Source: Leptolyngbyaceae cyanobacterium
Lineage (GTDB): Bacteria; Cyanobacteriota; Cyanobacteriia; Phormidesmidales; Phormidesmidaceae
Length of the DNA stretch: 64,000 nucleotides
Direction: 5' to 3'
Assembly (NCBI GenBank): GCA_965263355.1
Contig: CBDHHL010000056.1
Coordinates: 992,001-1,056,000, forward strand
How positions within the stretch are numbered: position 1 is the stretch's first letter; each line of letters begins with the position of its first letter. Below the pieces are notes generated by a model. That model worked only from the letters and a program-made list of their open reading frames with translations, did no database searches and had not been told where the DNA came from. Below, piece by piece: positions 40,981 to 48,755 of this stretch. The translations under genes were made by a program, and so were the position numbers.

Positions 40981-41524
40981 ATCGGCTGCTACTAACCAGG
41001 ATTTCGTATAAAACAAACGCTAAACGGTTTGTTTATATCTTACAAAAGATTAAATACACTTACTTACTAGAGGAGAATCAATACCTCCTCTTCTATCTCT
41101 TGCTGAAAAATACTGCATCTGCAACAGACTCCATAAACATAAGCAGCCTATTACATAAGCCGCAAAAACTTCTTTCCTAACAGGAGAATTACCATGCATT
41201 TTGCTGCACCGATTTTTCTTACCTTGAGCCATAAGCTCTTTAAGCATTTACAACTTCCAAGACAACAACGATCGCCCAACCTAAGTTCACCCAACGAGAG
41301 AAATTCAACAACATCCATTGACAGACATCATGCTGACACTGGAAACAAAGCACAAAAGGTAAAGCGACTTTATCCCCTTGAACGCAACCCCTTTACATAA
41401 GGACTGGGAAGATCCAGAAAGATTCTCTATGTCTATTTTGTTTTTACCCGAGATCCAAGACCACCCACAAAAACCCCTTACAAGCATAGACTCGAGAATC
41501 TCTCAAAAAATCTCCCAAAACCTC

Positions 41525-41553
41525 TTGACACCTTGTAGCGCATTTTGTATTAT
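41525..41553 (+). promoter_or_regulatory. near-consensus sigma70 promoter of the tRNA array
   Basis: TTGACA-17 nt-TATTAT about 100 nt upstream of the first tRNA. Confidence 0.8.
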
Positions 41554-41627
41554 AGAAATAACGCAAGGCGCACTACGAACTTAAGTTTCGAAGATAAGTA
41601 TTAAGCAAATCATCAAGACTCAATCAA

Positions 41628-41640
41628 GAACCTTGAAAAC
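41628..41640 (+). promoter_or_regulatory. rrn-type BoxA antitermination element
   Basis: GAACCTTGAAAAC, matching the cyanobacterial rRNA-operon BoxA, 17 nt before the first tRNA. Confidence 0.6.
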
Positions 41641-41656
41641 TAAATAGTTCTCTTTT

Positions 41657-41730
41657 GGGGGTGTAACTCAGTGGTCTAGAGTGCCTGTCTGTCGAACAGG
41701 AAGTCGCGAGTTCAAATCTCGTCACCCCCG
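41657..41730 (+). tRNA. trnD: tRNA-Asp(GTC)
   Basis: Cloverleaf; anticodon arm CCTGT-CTGTCGA-ACAGG; TTCAAAT T-loop. Confidence 0.92.
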
Positions 41731-41736
41731 CCTTAT

Positions 41737-41813
41737 AGCCTTGTGGGCGATTAGATAAGCCGCTATGGTTCTCAGCCATAGAGAAGCGGGTGCAACTCCC
41801 GTCAGGGCTCCCA
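41737..41813 (+). tRNA. trnE: tRNA-Glu(CTC), atypical
   Basis: TATGG-TTCTCAG-CCATA; TGCAACT T-loop; encoded CCA. Confidence 0.72.
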
Positions 41814-41885
41814 AAGTTAACTCATGTCGAAGCTGTAGACGCTCTGGAGAAGAAACTTCAGGTTTGTAGCTTGGACATGGTTTAA

Positions 41886-41963
41886 GTCCAGGTAGCCAAG
41901 TTGGTTTAAGGCGTCGGTCTGCAAAACCGAAAATCGTGGGTTCAACTCCCACCCTGGATTCCA
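41886..41963 (+). tRNA. trnC: tRNA-Cys(GCA)
   Basis: TCGGT-CTGCAAA-ACCGA; U discriminator plus CCA. Confidence 0.9.
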
Positions 41964-41965
41964 TT

Positions 41966-42037
41966 GCAGAGATGGTGTAACGGTTAGCACCTCGGTCTCC
42001 AAAACCGATGATCTGGGTTCGAATCCTAGTCTCTGTG
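41966..42037 (+). tRNA. trnW: tRNA-Trp(CCA)
   Basis: TCGGT-CTCCAAA-ACCGA; GGTTCGAATCC. Confidence 0.9.
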
Positions 42038-42068
42038 TTCTGTTGTAGGTCTTCTGCAACAGAAACTT

Positions 42069-42270
42069 GTCTGTACCGTATCCCCATAGAAAAAGCTTAC
42101 ATACTAGCTCAGTTGGTAGAGCATCTGTTTGCAGAACAGACTGTCGCAGGTTCAATTCCTGTCGTATCACGCTTATCCACATCCAGAACTGATGTGTTTT
42201 CCAAAGAAAGCGCTAGGTTTTAACTTGGATGTGGTTGGCACAACGCTTTTTCAACTTATACGGCACAGGC
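42069..42270 (+). ncRNA. structured RNA, scaffold copy A, enclosing a tRNA-like cloverleaf (42098-42170) with a defective acceptor stem
   Basis: Outer stem GTCTGTACCGTAT/ATACGGCACAGGC; inner stem GAAAAAGC/GCTTTTTC; TTACAT and AACTT linkers. Confidence 0.55.
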
Positions 42271-42274
42271 TTTT

Positions 42275-42315
42275 GGTGGCGTAGGCAAATTGGTAAAGCC
42301 ACACGGCTTTCAATT
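42275..42315 (+). pseudogene. 5' half of tRNA-Glu(TTC)
   Basis: GGTGGCGTAGGCAAATTGGTAAAGCCACACGGCTTTCAA, then no 3' half. Confidence 0.6.
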
Positions 42316-42332
42316 CTCACCCGACCCTCCTT

Positions 42333-42423
42333 GGAGAGATCGCCATTGGTAAAGCAAACTGCCTGCTAAGCAGTCGTGAGATAGCAAATCTCACTATGGG
42401 TTCGACTCCCATTCTCTCCTCCA
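42333..42423 (+). tRNA. trnS: tRNA-Ser(GCT)
   Basis: ACTGC-CTGCTAA-GCAGT; long variable arm GTGAGAT/ATCTCAC; CCA. Confidence 0.85.
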
Positions 42424-42518
42424 GAGAACATGGTATAACCGAATAACACAGTTGAAACCTGTAGTTTTCTCGACGGTCAAAAATAGTTCTAGACGTGGAA
42501 ATGGTTTACACAGAAAAT

Positions 42519-42593
42519 CCCCTGGTAGCTCAGTCAGGTAAGAGCGCTTGTCTGAAAAACAAGAGGTCATCCGTTCAAATCGGATCTGGGGGA
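42519..42593 (+). tRNA. trnF: tRNA-Phe(GAA)
   Basis: CTTGT-CTGAAAA-ACAAG; ATCCG-TTCAAAT-CGGAT. Confidence 0.88.
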
Positions 42594-42618
42594 CTTGCAC
42601 TCACTGATGAGTGCTCAA

Positions 42619-42694
42619 TGGGGTGTAGTTCAATTGGCAGAGCGCCTGGTTGTTACCCAGGAAGTTAGAGGTTCGACTCCTCTCGCCCCAGCCA
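42619..42694 (+). tRNA. trnN: tRNA-Asn(GTT)
   Basis: CCTGG-TTGTTAC-CCAGG; GCCA end. Confidence 0.88.
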
Positions 42695-42699
42695 TTTAT

Positions 42700-42775
42700 T
42701 GCCGAGTGGACGAATTAGCAAGTCGCCTGACTCTGAATCAGGAGATTGTAGGTGCAAATCCTACCTCGGCATCCA
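42700..42775 (+). tRNA. trnQ: tRNA-Gln(CTG)
   Basis: CCTGA-CTCTGAA-TCAGG; TGCAAAT T-loop; CCA. Confidence 0.82.
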
Positions 42776-42776
42776 A

Positions 42777-42850
42777 TCCCCTGTGGTGCAATTGGCAGTT
42801 CACGTCCGATTTTGGATCGGAAAATCTAGGTTCAAATCCTAGCGGGGGAG
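42777..42850 (+). tRNA. trnQ: tRNA-Gln(TTG)
   Basis: TCCGA-TTTTGGA-TCGGA; GGTTCAAATCC. Confidence 0.85.
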
Positions 42851-42864
42851 TTGGAGTACCAAAT

Positions 42865-42941
<77 letters not shown>

Positions 42942-42944
42942 AAT

Positions 42945-43068
42945 CGGGATGTAATTCAGTGGTCAGAGGCCTTGTTTGCAATTGGTAGACATGCCGTGCT
43001 CAGAACGCGGTTGCTGTGGGTAACTCCTAGCGGAGACGCTTCGCGAACGAATCTCTGGCGACCCACCA
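42945..43068 (+). pseudogene. chimeric tRNA remnant: Pro-like 5' end fused to a Leu(CAG) body with a T-loop insertion
   Basis: CGGGATGTAATTCAGTGGTCAGAG, then D arm TGCAATTGGTAGACATG, CCGTG-CTCAGAA-CGCGG, and GTGGGT[26-nt insert]CGAAT. Confidence 0.6.
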
Positions 43069-43108
43069 AATACCTCACCTATACAACCCATGGACTTTTA
43101 AGTCCCTT

Positions 43109-43182
43109 GCCCCTGTGATGCAATTGGTAGACATGATCCGCTTAAAACGGATTTGTTGCAGGTTCGACTCCTGTCAGGGGTA
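43109..43182 (+). tRNA. trnL: tRNA-Leu(TAA), short variable loop, no intron
   Basis: ATCCG-CTTAAAA-CGGAT; GCAGG-TTCGACT-CCTGT. Confidence 0.85.
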
Positions 43183-43229
43183 TGGCAGTAATGCCAATAA
43201 AAACAAATTTGCAAAAGGAGGTGAATCCG

Positions 43230-43688
43230 ATGAAACTTGCAGAGGCCCTAATGCAACGGGCAGATTGTCAGAAGAGAATCGCTCAGTTGCGTCAGCGATT
43301 GACGCGCAGCGCCAAGGTCCAGGAGGGCGAACAGCCTCCCGAGAATCCTCAAGAGCTGTTGTCAGAGGTGGATACTGCAGTTGCTGAACTTACGCATTTG
43401 GTGCAGCGGATTAATCAGACTAATGCTAGTACAGCATTGGCTGATGGTTCTTTATCAGATGCCCTGGCTCAGCGGGATACTCTATTCACTAAGCGAAGTG
43501 TTTTGGAAAACTTAATCCAAGCTGCATCCATTACCCATGATCGGTACAGCCGTTCGGAGGTAAGATTTGTAAGTACGGTGGATATTGGCAGTCTACAGCG
43601 TCAGTTAGACGATATCTCACGAGACTATCGTTTGCTAGATGCACAGATTCAATCGCTAAACTGGCAGATTGACCTAATAGGTAGTTAA
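43230..43688 (+). CDS. DIP1984 family protein
   Basis: MKLAEALMQRAD...AKVQEGEQPPENP...RYSRSEVRFVST...IQSLNW; RBS AAGGAGGTG. Confidence 0.85.
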   Translation: MKLAEALMQRADCQKRIAQLRQRLTRSAKVQEGEQPPENPQELLSEVDTAVAELTHLVQRINQTNASTALADGSLSDALAQRDTLFTKRSVLENLIQAASITHDRYSRSEVRFVSTVDIGSLQRQLDDISRDYRLLDAQIQSLNWQIDLIGS

Positions 43689-43690
43689 AA

Positions 43691-43919
43691 CAAATAGTCG
43701 GTAGCTAAATTCAACAGAAGCGAACACAACCCGCCAACTGGGCAAGTTGGGAAATGTCGTATACTAAACGACCCTTGGATGCGCTGGGGCAGGGCAAATG
43801 GGTTCGACTCCCGTTTATAAATTACGCCCAGCATTGTGACAGGTGCACATCATACTGTGATTGCTTACTACCCTGTGTTGATCGGTTGAATTTAGTGAGG
43901 GTGGGTTCGGGGACTATTG
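43691..43919 (+). ncRNA. putative structured RNA downstream of the DIP1984 gene
   Basis: Long-range stems ATAGTC/GACTAT, GCTAAATTCAAC/GTTGAATTTAGT and AACACA/TGTGTT; internal T-arm-like ATGGG-TTCGACT-CCCGT. Confidence 0.5.
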
Positions 43920-43965
43920 CTGGTGTAGCTCAATTGGCAGAACAACTGTCTTGTTAGGACTACCA
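43919..43965 (+). pseudogene. 5' half of tRNA-Thr(TGT)
   Basis: GCTGGTGTAGCTCAATTGGCAGAACAACTGTCTTGT, then truncated. Confidence 0.6.
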
Positions 43966-43968
43966 CTT

Positions 43969-44043
43969 GCCTCTATAGCTCAACGGACTCAGAGCAGCGC
44001 CCTTCGAAGGCGACGGTTCCAGGTTCGAATCCTGGTAGAGGTG
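43969..44043 (+). tRNA. trnR: tRNA-Arg(TCG)
   Basis: GCGCC-CTTCGAA-GGCGA; CCAGG-TTCGAAT-CCTGG. Confidence 0.88.
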
Positions 44044-44101
44044 CTTGTTATTAATCAGTAAGGAGGTTGTTTTCATTGAAGCTTATGTTATTTAGTTTTA
44101 A

Positions 44102-44332
44102 GCCAGGATCGTAATGCGTGCCCTCACGGTTAGAGCCTACATACTTTAAGTACGAGAGGAACAGTAACACCAAAACGGTGTGCGTTTGCAAACAGGGATC
44201 GCGAAGAATCTGAAAGGTTGGCTTTAAAGTAGCCATCCTCTAAGGAGTGTGTTAAAACTCATCATTGGAGCCCCCTTAGTAGCTGAGAAAACGCTATGCT
44301 CTAAATACTTGCACGACATTGGGAATCCTGGT
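44102..44332 (+). ncRNA. putative 23S rRNA-mimic RNA (sarcin-ricin loop plus L11-binding GTPase-associated centre)
   Basis: AGTACGAGAGGA at 44149-44160; 54-nt gap-free match to 23S 1053-1106 at 44211-44264 with compensatory changes; three nested enclosing helices. Confidence 0.7.
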
Positions 44333-44455
44333 CATTGGCCTTGATGTATACAGAGAGAACAACATCGGGGAGCCTAGGCAGGACTTCGGCGTAAGCTCAG
44401 TCGAACGCACGAGGCGATTACCCTACAAGAATTGTCCAGATAAAATGGAGGTTTT

Positions 44456-44905
44456 ATGACGATTTATTTTTATAGCGATCGCAAAAAACCTTATGGGTGT
44501 TTCTCCAATTTTTCGAAGCATGGGGTATTGTTGAATGGTCGATGGTGGCCGACAACAGAACATTATTTCCAGGCTCAGAAATTTATAGACACCGATCCTG
44601 ATTGGGCTGACAAAATTGGTAATGCGAAAGCACCCAAGACTGCTGCAGTAATGGGTAGAGACCGAAGCCACCCTCTCCGTTCTGATTGGGAACAAGTCAA
44701 AGACGACATCATGCATCGAGCCGTGCTCACTAAGTTCCAAACCCATGCAGATATCCAAGCTATTTTGCTAGGGACTGGTGCCGAGCCAATCGTTGAAAAT
44801 GCCCCTGGAGATTACTATTGGGGCTGTGGTAAAGACGGTAGTGGTCTAAATAAATTAGGCCGAATTCTAGAAGCTGTGAGGGCAACAATTCGCGAAACAA
44901 TTTAA
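44456..44905 (+). CDS. NADAR (YbiA-like) family protein
   Basis: YGCFSNFS, WPTTEHYFQAQKF, RSDWEQVK and DYYWGCGKDGSGLNKLG motifs. Confidence 0.93.
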   Translation: MTIYFYSDRKKPYGCFSNFSKHGVLLNGRWWPTTEHYFQAQKFIDTDPDWADKIGNAKAPKTAAVMGRDRSHPLRSDWEQVKDDIMHRAVLTKFQTHADIQAILLGTGAEPIVENAPGDYYWGCGKDGSGLNKLGRILEAVRATIRETI

Positions 44906-44908
44906 CAA

Positions 44909-44983
44909 GGGAGTGTCGCCTAAAGGATGGGCATCGATCTTCTAAATCGATCTGTGTAGGTTCAAATCCTACCACTCCTGCCA
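44909..44983 (+). tRNA. trnR: tRNA-Arg(TCT)
   Basis: TCGAT-CTTCTAA-ATCGA; GCCA end. Confidence 0.88.
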
Positions 44984-44993
44984 ATCAAAAAAT

Positions 44994-45094
44994 GGGCCTG
45001 TAGCTTAACTGCGAAAGCATCTGCCTTGCAAGCAGAAAGATGTCGGTACTCTAGCGAGAAGGCTAACGCCTACGAAGCCGACCAGTGGCCACCA
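44994..45094 (+). pseudogene. tRNA-Ala(TGC) with a 25-nt T-loop insertion
   Basis: TCTGC-CTTGCAA-GCAGA; GTCGGT[ACTCTAGCGAGAAGGCTAACGCCTA]CGAAGCCGAC; imperfect acceptor stem, ACCA end. Confidence 0.7.
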
Positions 45095-45113
45095 AATAAT
45101 TTCTTTAACGCAT

Positions 45114-45191
45114 GTTGGCCGAATCCGAAGTGGACGAGGAGCTGGTCTGTGAAACCAGTGTTAGCGGGTTCAAGCCCCGTCGGTCAACCCA
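45114..45191 (+). tRNA. trnH: tRNA-His(GTG)
   Basis: CTGGT-CTGTGAA-ACCAG; G-1 pairing with C73; CCA. Confidence 0.85.
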
Positions 45192-45194
45192 ATT

Positions 45195-45581
<387 letters not shown>

Positions 45582-45606
45582 AGATTGCTAGATTTTTTCT
45601 CTTTTT

Positions 45607-45750
45607 TCCTGCGCCCTAACCTGTAAAGCATACACACTTTCGGCTTAAAAACCGGGAAAGTGCAAGTTCGAATCTCGCGAGACCGCCATCGGTCTGTAGC
45701 CCAATTGGTAGAGGCACCATGTAACTAAGGCTTTTCAAACTTGCGTGGGA
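45607..45750 (+). ncRNA. structured RNA, scaffold copy B, with a circularly permuted tRNA-like module (YrlA-type topology)
   Basis: T arm GCAAG-TTCGAAT-CTCGC, then AGACCG-CCAT-CGGTCT, then D arm TAGCCCAATTGGTAGAGGC, enclosed by TGTAAAGC/GCTTTTCA and TCCTGCGC/GCGTGGGA. Confidence 0.65.
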
Positions 45751-45768
45751 TTTTTATTAAGTTTGTAT

Positions 45769-46494
45769 ATGAGCGAACATCGACTGAGTGAAATTGTGAT
45801 TGAACGTCCCCGTGGTGGGATGCGTGTGAGTTCTAGAAAGCTGAAGGGACATCGAAAAGAACTGGAGCAGATTACGCGGGTAGCAACCGAAGATGGGTTG
45901 CTGAGTCCCTATTTGATTAAGCCCAGACGGAAGTCAAAGTGGTTATCAGATCATCTAGGGCCATTGCGTAAGTTGTTGCAGTCTCAAGTGGGTCAGCCCT
46001 GGGATCAGGTCTATAGTCGCCTGTGTCGCGATCTAAATCCTCGTACCATGGCTGGCCAGCATGTGATCGATCATCTCTGGGGTTATGTAGAACAGCATGT
46101 GGAGATCATTGATGGTTTACCCTATACCAAACAGAATCACTGGTATTGGCAAGGTGAACGACGTTCTTTATCGGACTACTATGGAACAAAGTTCTATGTG
46201 AATCCTGAGACAGGTTTACTGTGTGTGGCTCCTAACGTGTGTCGCAGACGAGAACCTGCCCCTCCTGAAGAGGTGATTCAGGTGAACACCTATGAACAGT
46301 ATCGTTGCATAGATCAGATTTGGTATTGCATCACTTTTGAGATATTACATTCACCATTTGCATGGGATGTGCTGTTCAAAGACACTCTTGATGCTAAAAA
46401 GGCTTTACAGTCCTATCGCCGTAAGATCTATGCTGCGAAGAAGCGTCAATGTGGAAAGCGAGACCTTAAAAAGATTCGTAGAATGTTGAAGTAA
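45769..46494 (+). CDS. basic hypothetical protein
   Basis: MSEHRLSEIVIERPRGG...LSDHLGPLRKLLQSQVGQPWDQVYS...FYVNPETGLL. Confidence 0.8.
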   Translation: MSEHRLSEIVIERPRGGMRVSSRKLKGHRKELEQITRVATEDGLLSPYLIKPRRKSKWLSDHLGPLRKLLQSQVGQPWDQVYSRLCRDLNPRTMAGQHVIDHLWGYVEQHVEIIDGLPYTKQNHWYWQGERRSLSDYYGTKFYVNPETGLLCVAPNVCRRREPAPPEEVIQVNTYEQYRCIDQIWYCITFEILHSPFAWDVLFKDTLDAKKALQSYRRKIYAAKKRQCGKRDLKKIRRMLK

Positions 46495-46496
46495 TT

Positions 46497-46674
46497 GGCA
46501 GTTGTTGCTGTGACCTAACTTAAAGAGCTTACATTCTCTACCAACCAAACAGGTGGTGTGCTGATTGGAGAGTCAGCACTGCAAACCCGGACCTTAGCGG
46601 GCGAAGTTATCTTATTGTCTTTTAGCAAACGATGACTTCATGCTCTTTTAACTCATGCAGCGGCAACATCTGCC
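46497..46674 (+). ncRNA. structured RNA, scaffold copy C, immediately upstream of the TROVE-like/vWA gene
   Basis: GTTGTTGCTGTGA/TCATGCAGCGGCAAC outer stem; CCTAACT; AAAGAGC/GCTCTTT; TTACAT; AACT. Confidence 0.55.
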
Positions 46675-46684
46675 TCCTGATTAA

Positions 46685-48142
<1,458 letters not shown>

Positions 48143-48147
48143 GGTTA

Positions 48148-48184
48148 GCCACGGATAATTTTCACAATAAAAATTATCCGTGGC
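48148..48184 (+). terminator. stem-loop after the vWA gene
   Basis: GCCACGGATAATTTT/AAAATTATCCGTGGC followed by TCTTT. Confidence 0.65.
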
Positions 48185-48226
48185 TCTTTATACCTTGCTC
48201 CTATCCGAAAGCTACGAGGTAATGCC

Positions 48227-48595
48227 ATGAATACTGCACGGCGAGTTCTAACATCTTCTAGGGATAAAATCAAGTACTCTTTCCTCGATCGCCTTTTTCA
48301 ACGTCTAGAAGAGGCTCTCCAGGAAGGAACAGAGGTAAAATTTCGTCTGGCCTGGGGGAATATCACTGGGATTCCCATTTATTTGGATCCTACCTGTGTC
48401 GAAATCGTCTCTGTTAATGTATATATGGAAGACGATGACGCCCCTTCTGAGGAGATCTCCTGGCGAACGGTTTGGCTGATTCGTTTGGAGGAGGTTAATG
48501 CGATCGCATACCTCAGCGAAAGTTGGTCAAAAAAACGACTTGAACAACTGTTGCCAGAAGAAGAGCAGCCATCTGAGAAGCAGGAAGACAGATAG
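48227..48595 (+). CDS. hypothetical protein (possible Sm/LSM-like beta fold)
   Basis: 122 aa; RBS GAGGT; helix followed by beta strands (VKFRL, ITGIPIYLD, VEIV, WLIRLEEVNAI). Confidence 0.7.
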   Translation: MNTARRVLTSSRDKIKYSFLDRLFQRLEEALQEGTEVKFRLAWGNITGIPIYLDPTCVEIVSVNVYMEDDDAPSEEISWRTVWLIRLEEVNAIAYLSESWSKKRLEQLLPEEEQPSEKQEDR

Positions 48596-48642
48596 AAAAA
48601 ATAAAGAGGGTTTATCAGACCTAATTGAAGGTGACAATCCCT

Positions 48643-48673
48643 TAGGGGAACTCCCTTGTGGATGCCCTTCGAT
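48643..48673. repeat. REP-like element, copy 2
   Basis: TAGGGGAACTCCCTTGTGGATGCCCTTCGAT. Confidence 0.7.
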
Positions 48674-48755
48674 ACCAAGTGCTACTAGTTAGGCTTTCGT
48701 AAAGCAGGTAATCCCAATTAGCTATCAAATATCGAGGACCCGTTCGATAGATAAC

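Noticed and set aside
40965..41584. Short ORFs upstream of the tRNA promoter
   Set aside because: AT-rich, mutually overlapping and without recognisable motifs.
42098..42170. Second functional tRNA-Cys(GCA)
   Set aside because: The acceptor stem pairs over only 4 bp and the unit lies inside a larger enclosing structure.
44102..44332. True rRNA gene or simple 23S pseudogene
   Set aside because: Only two short modules match, in reverse order and with compensatory changes, and the flanks are not rRNA-like; kept as a mimic finding instead.
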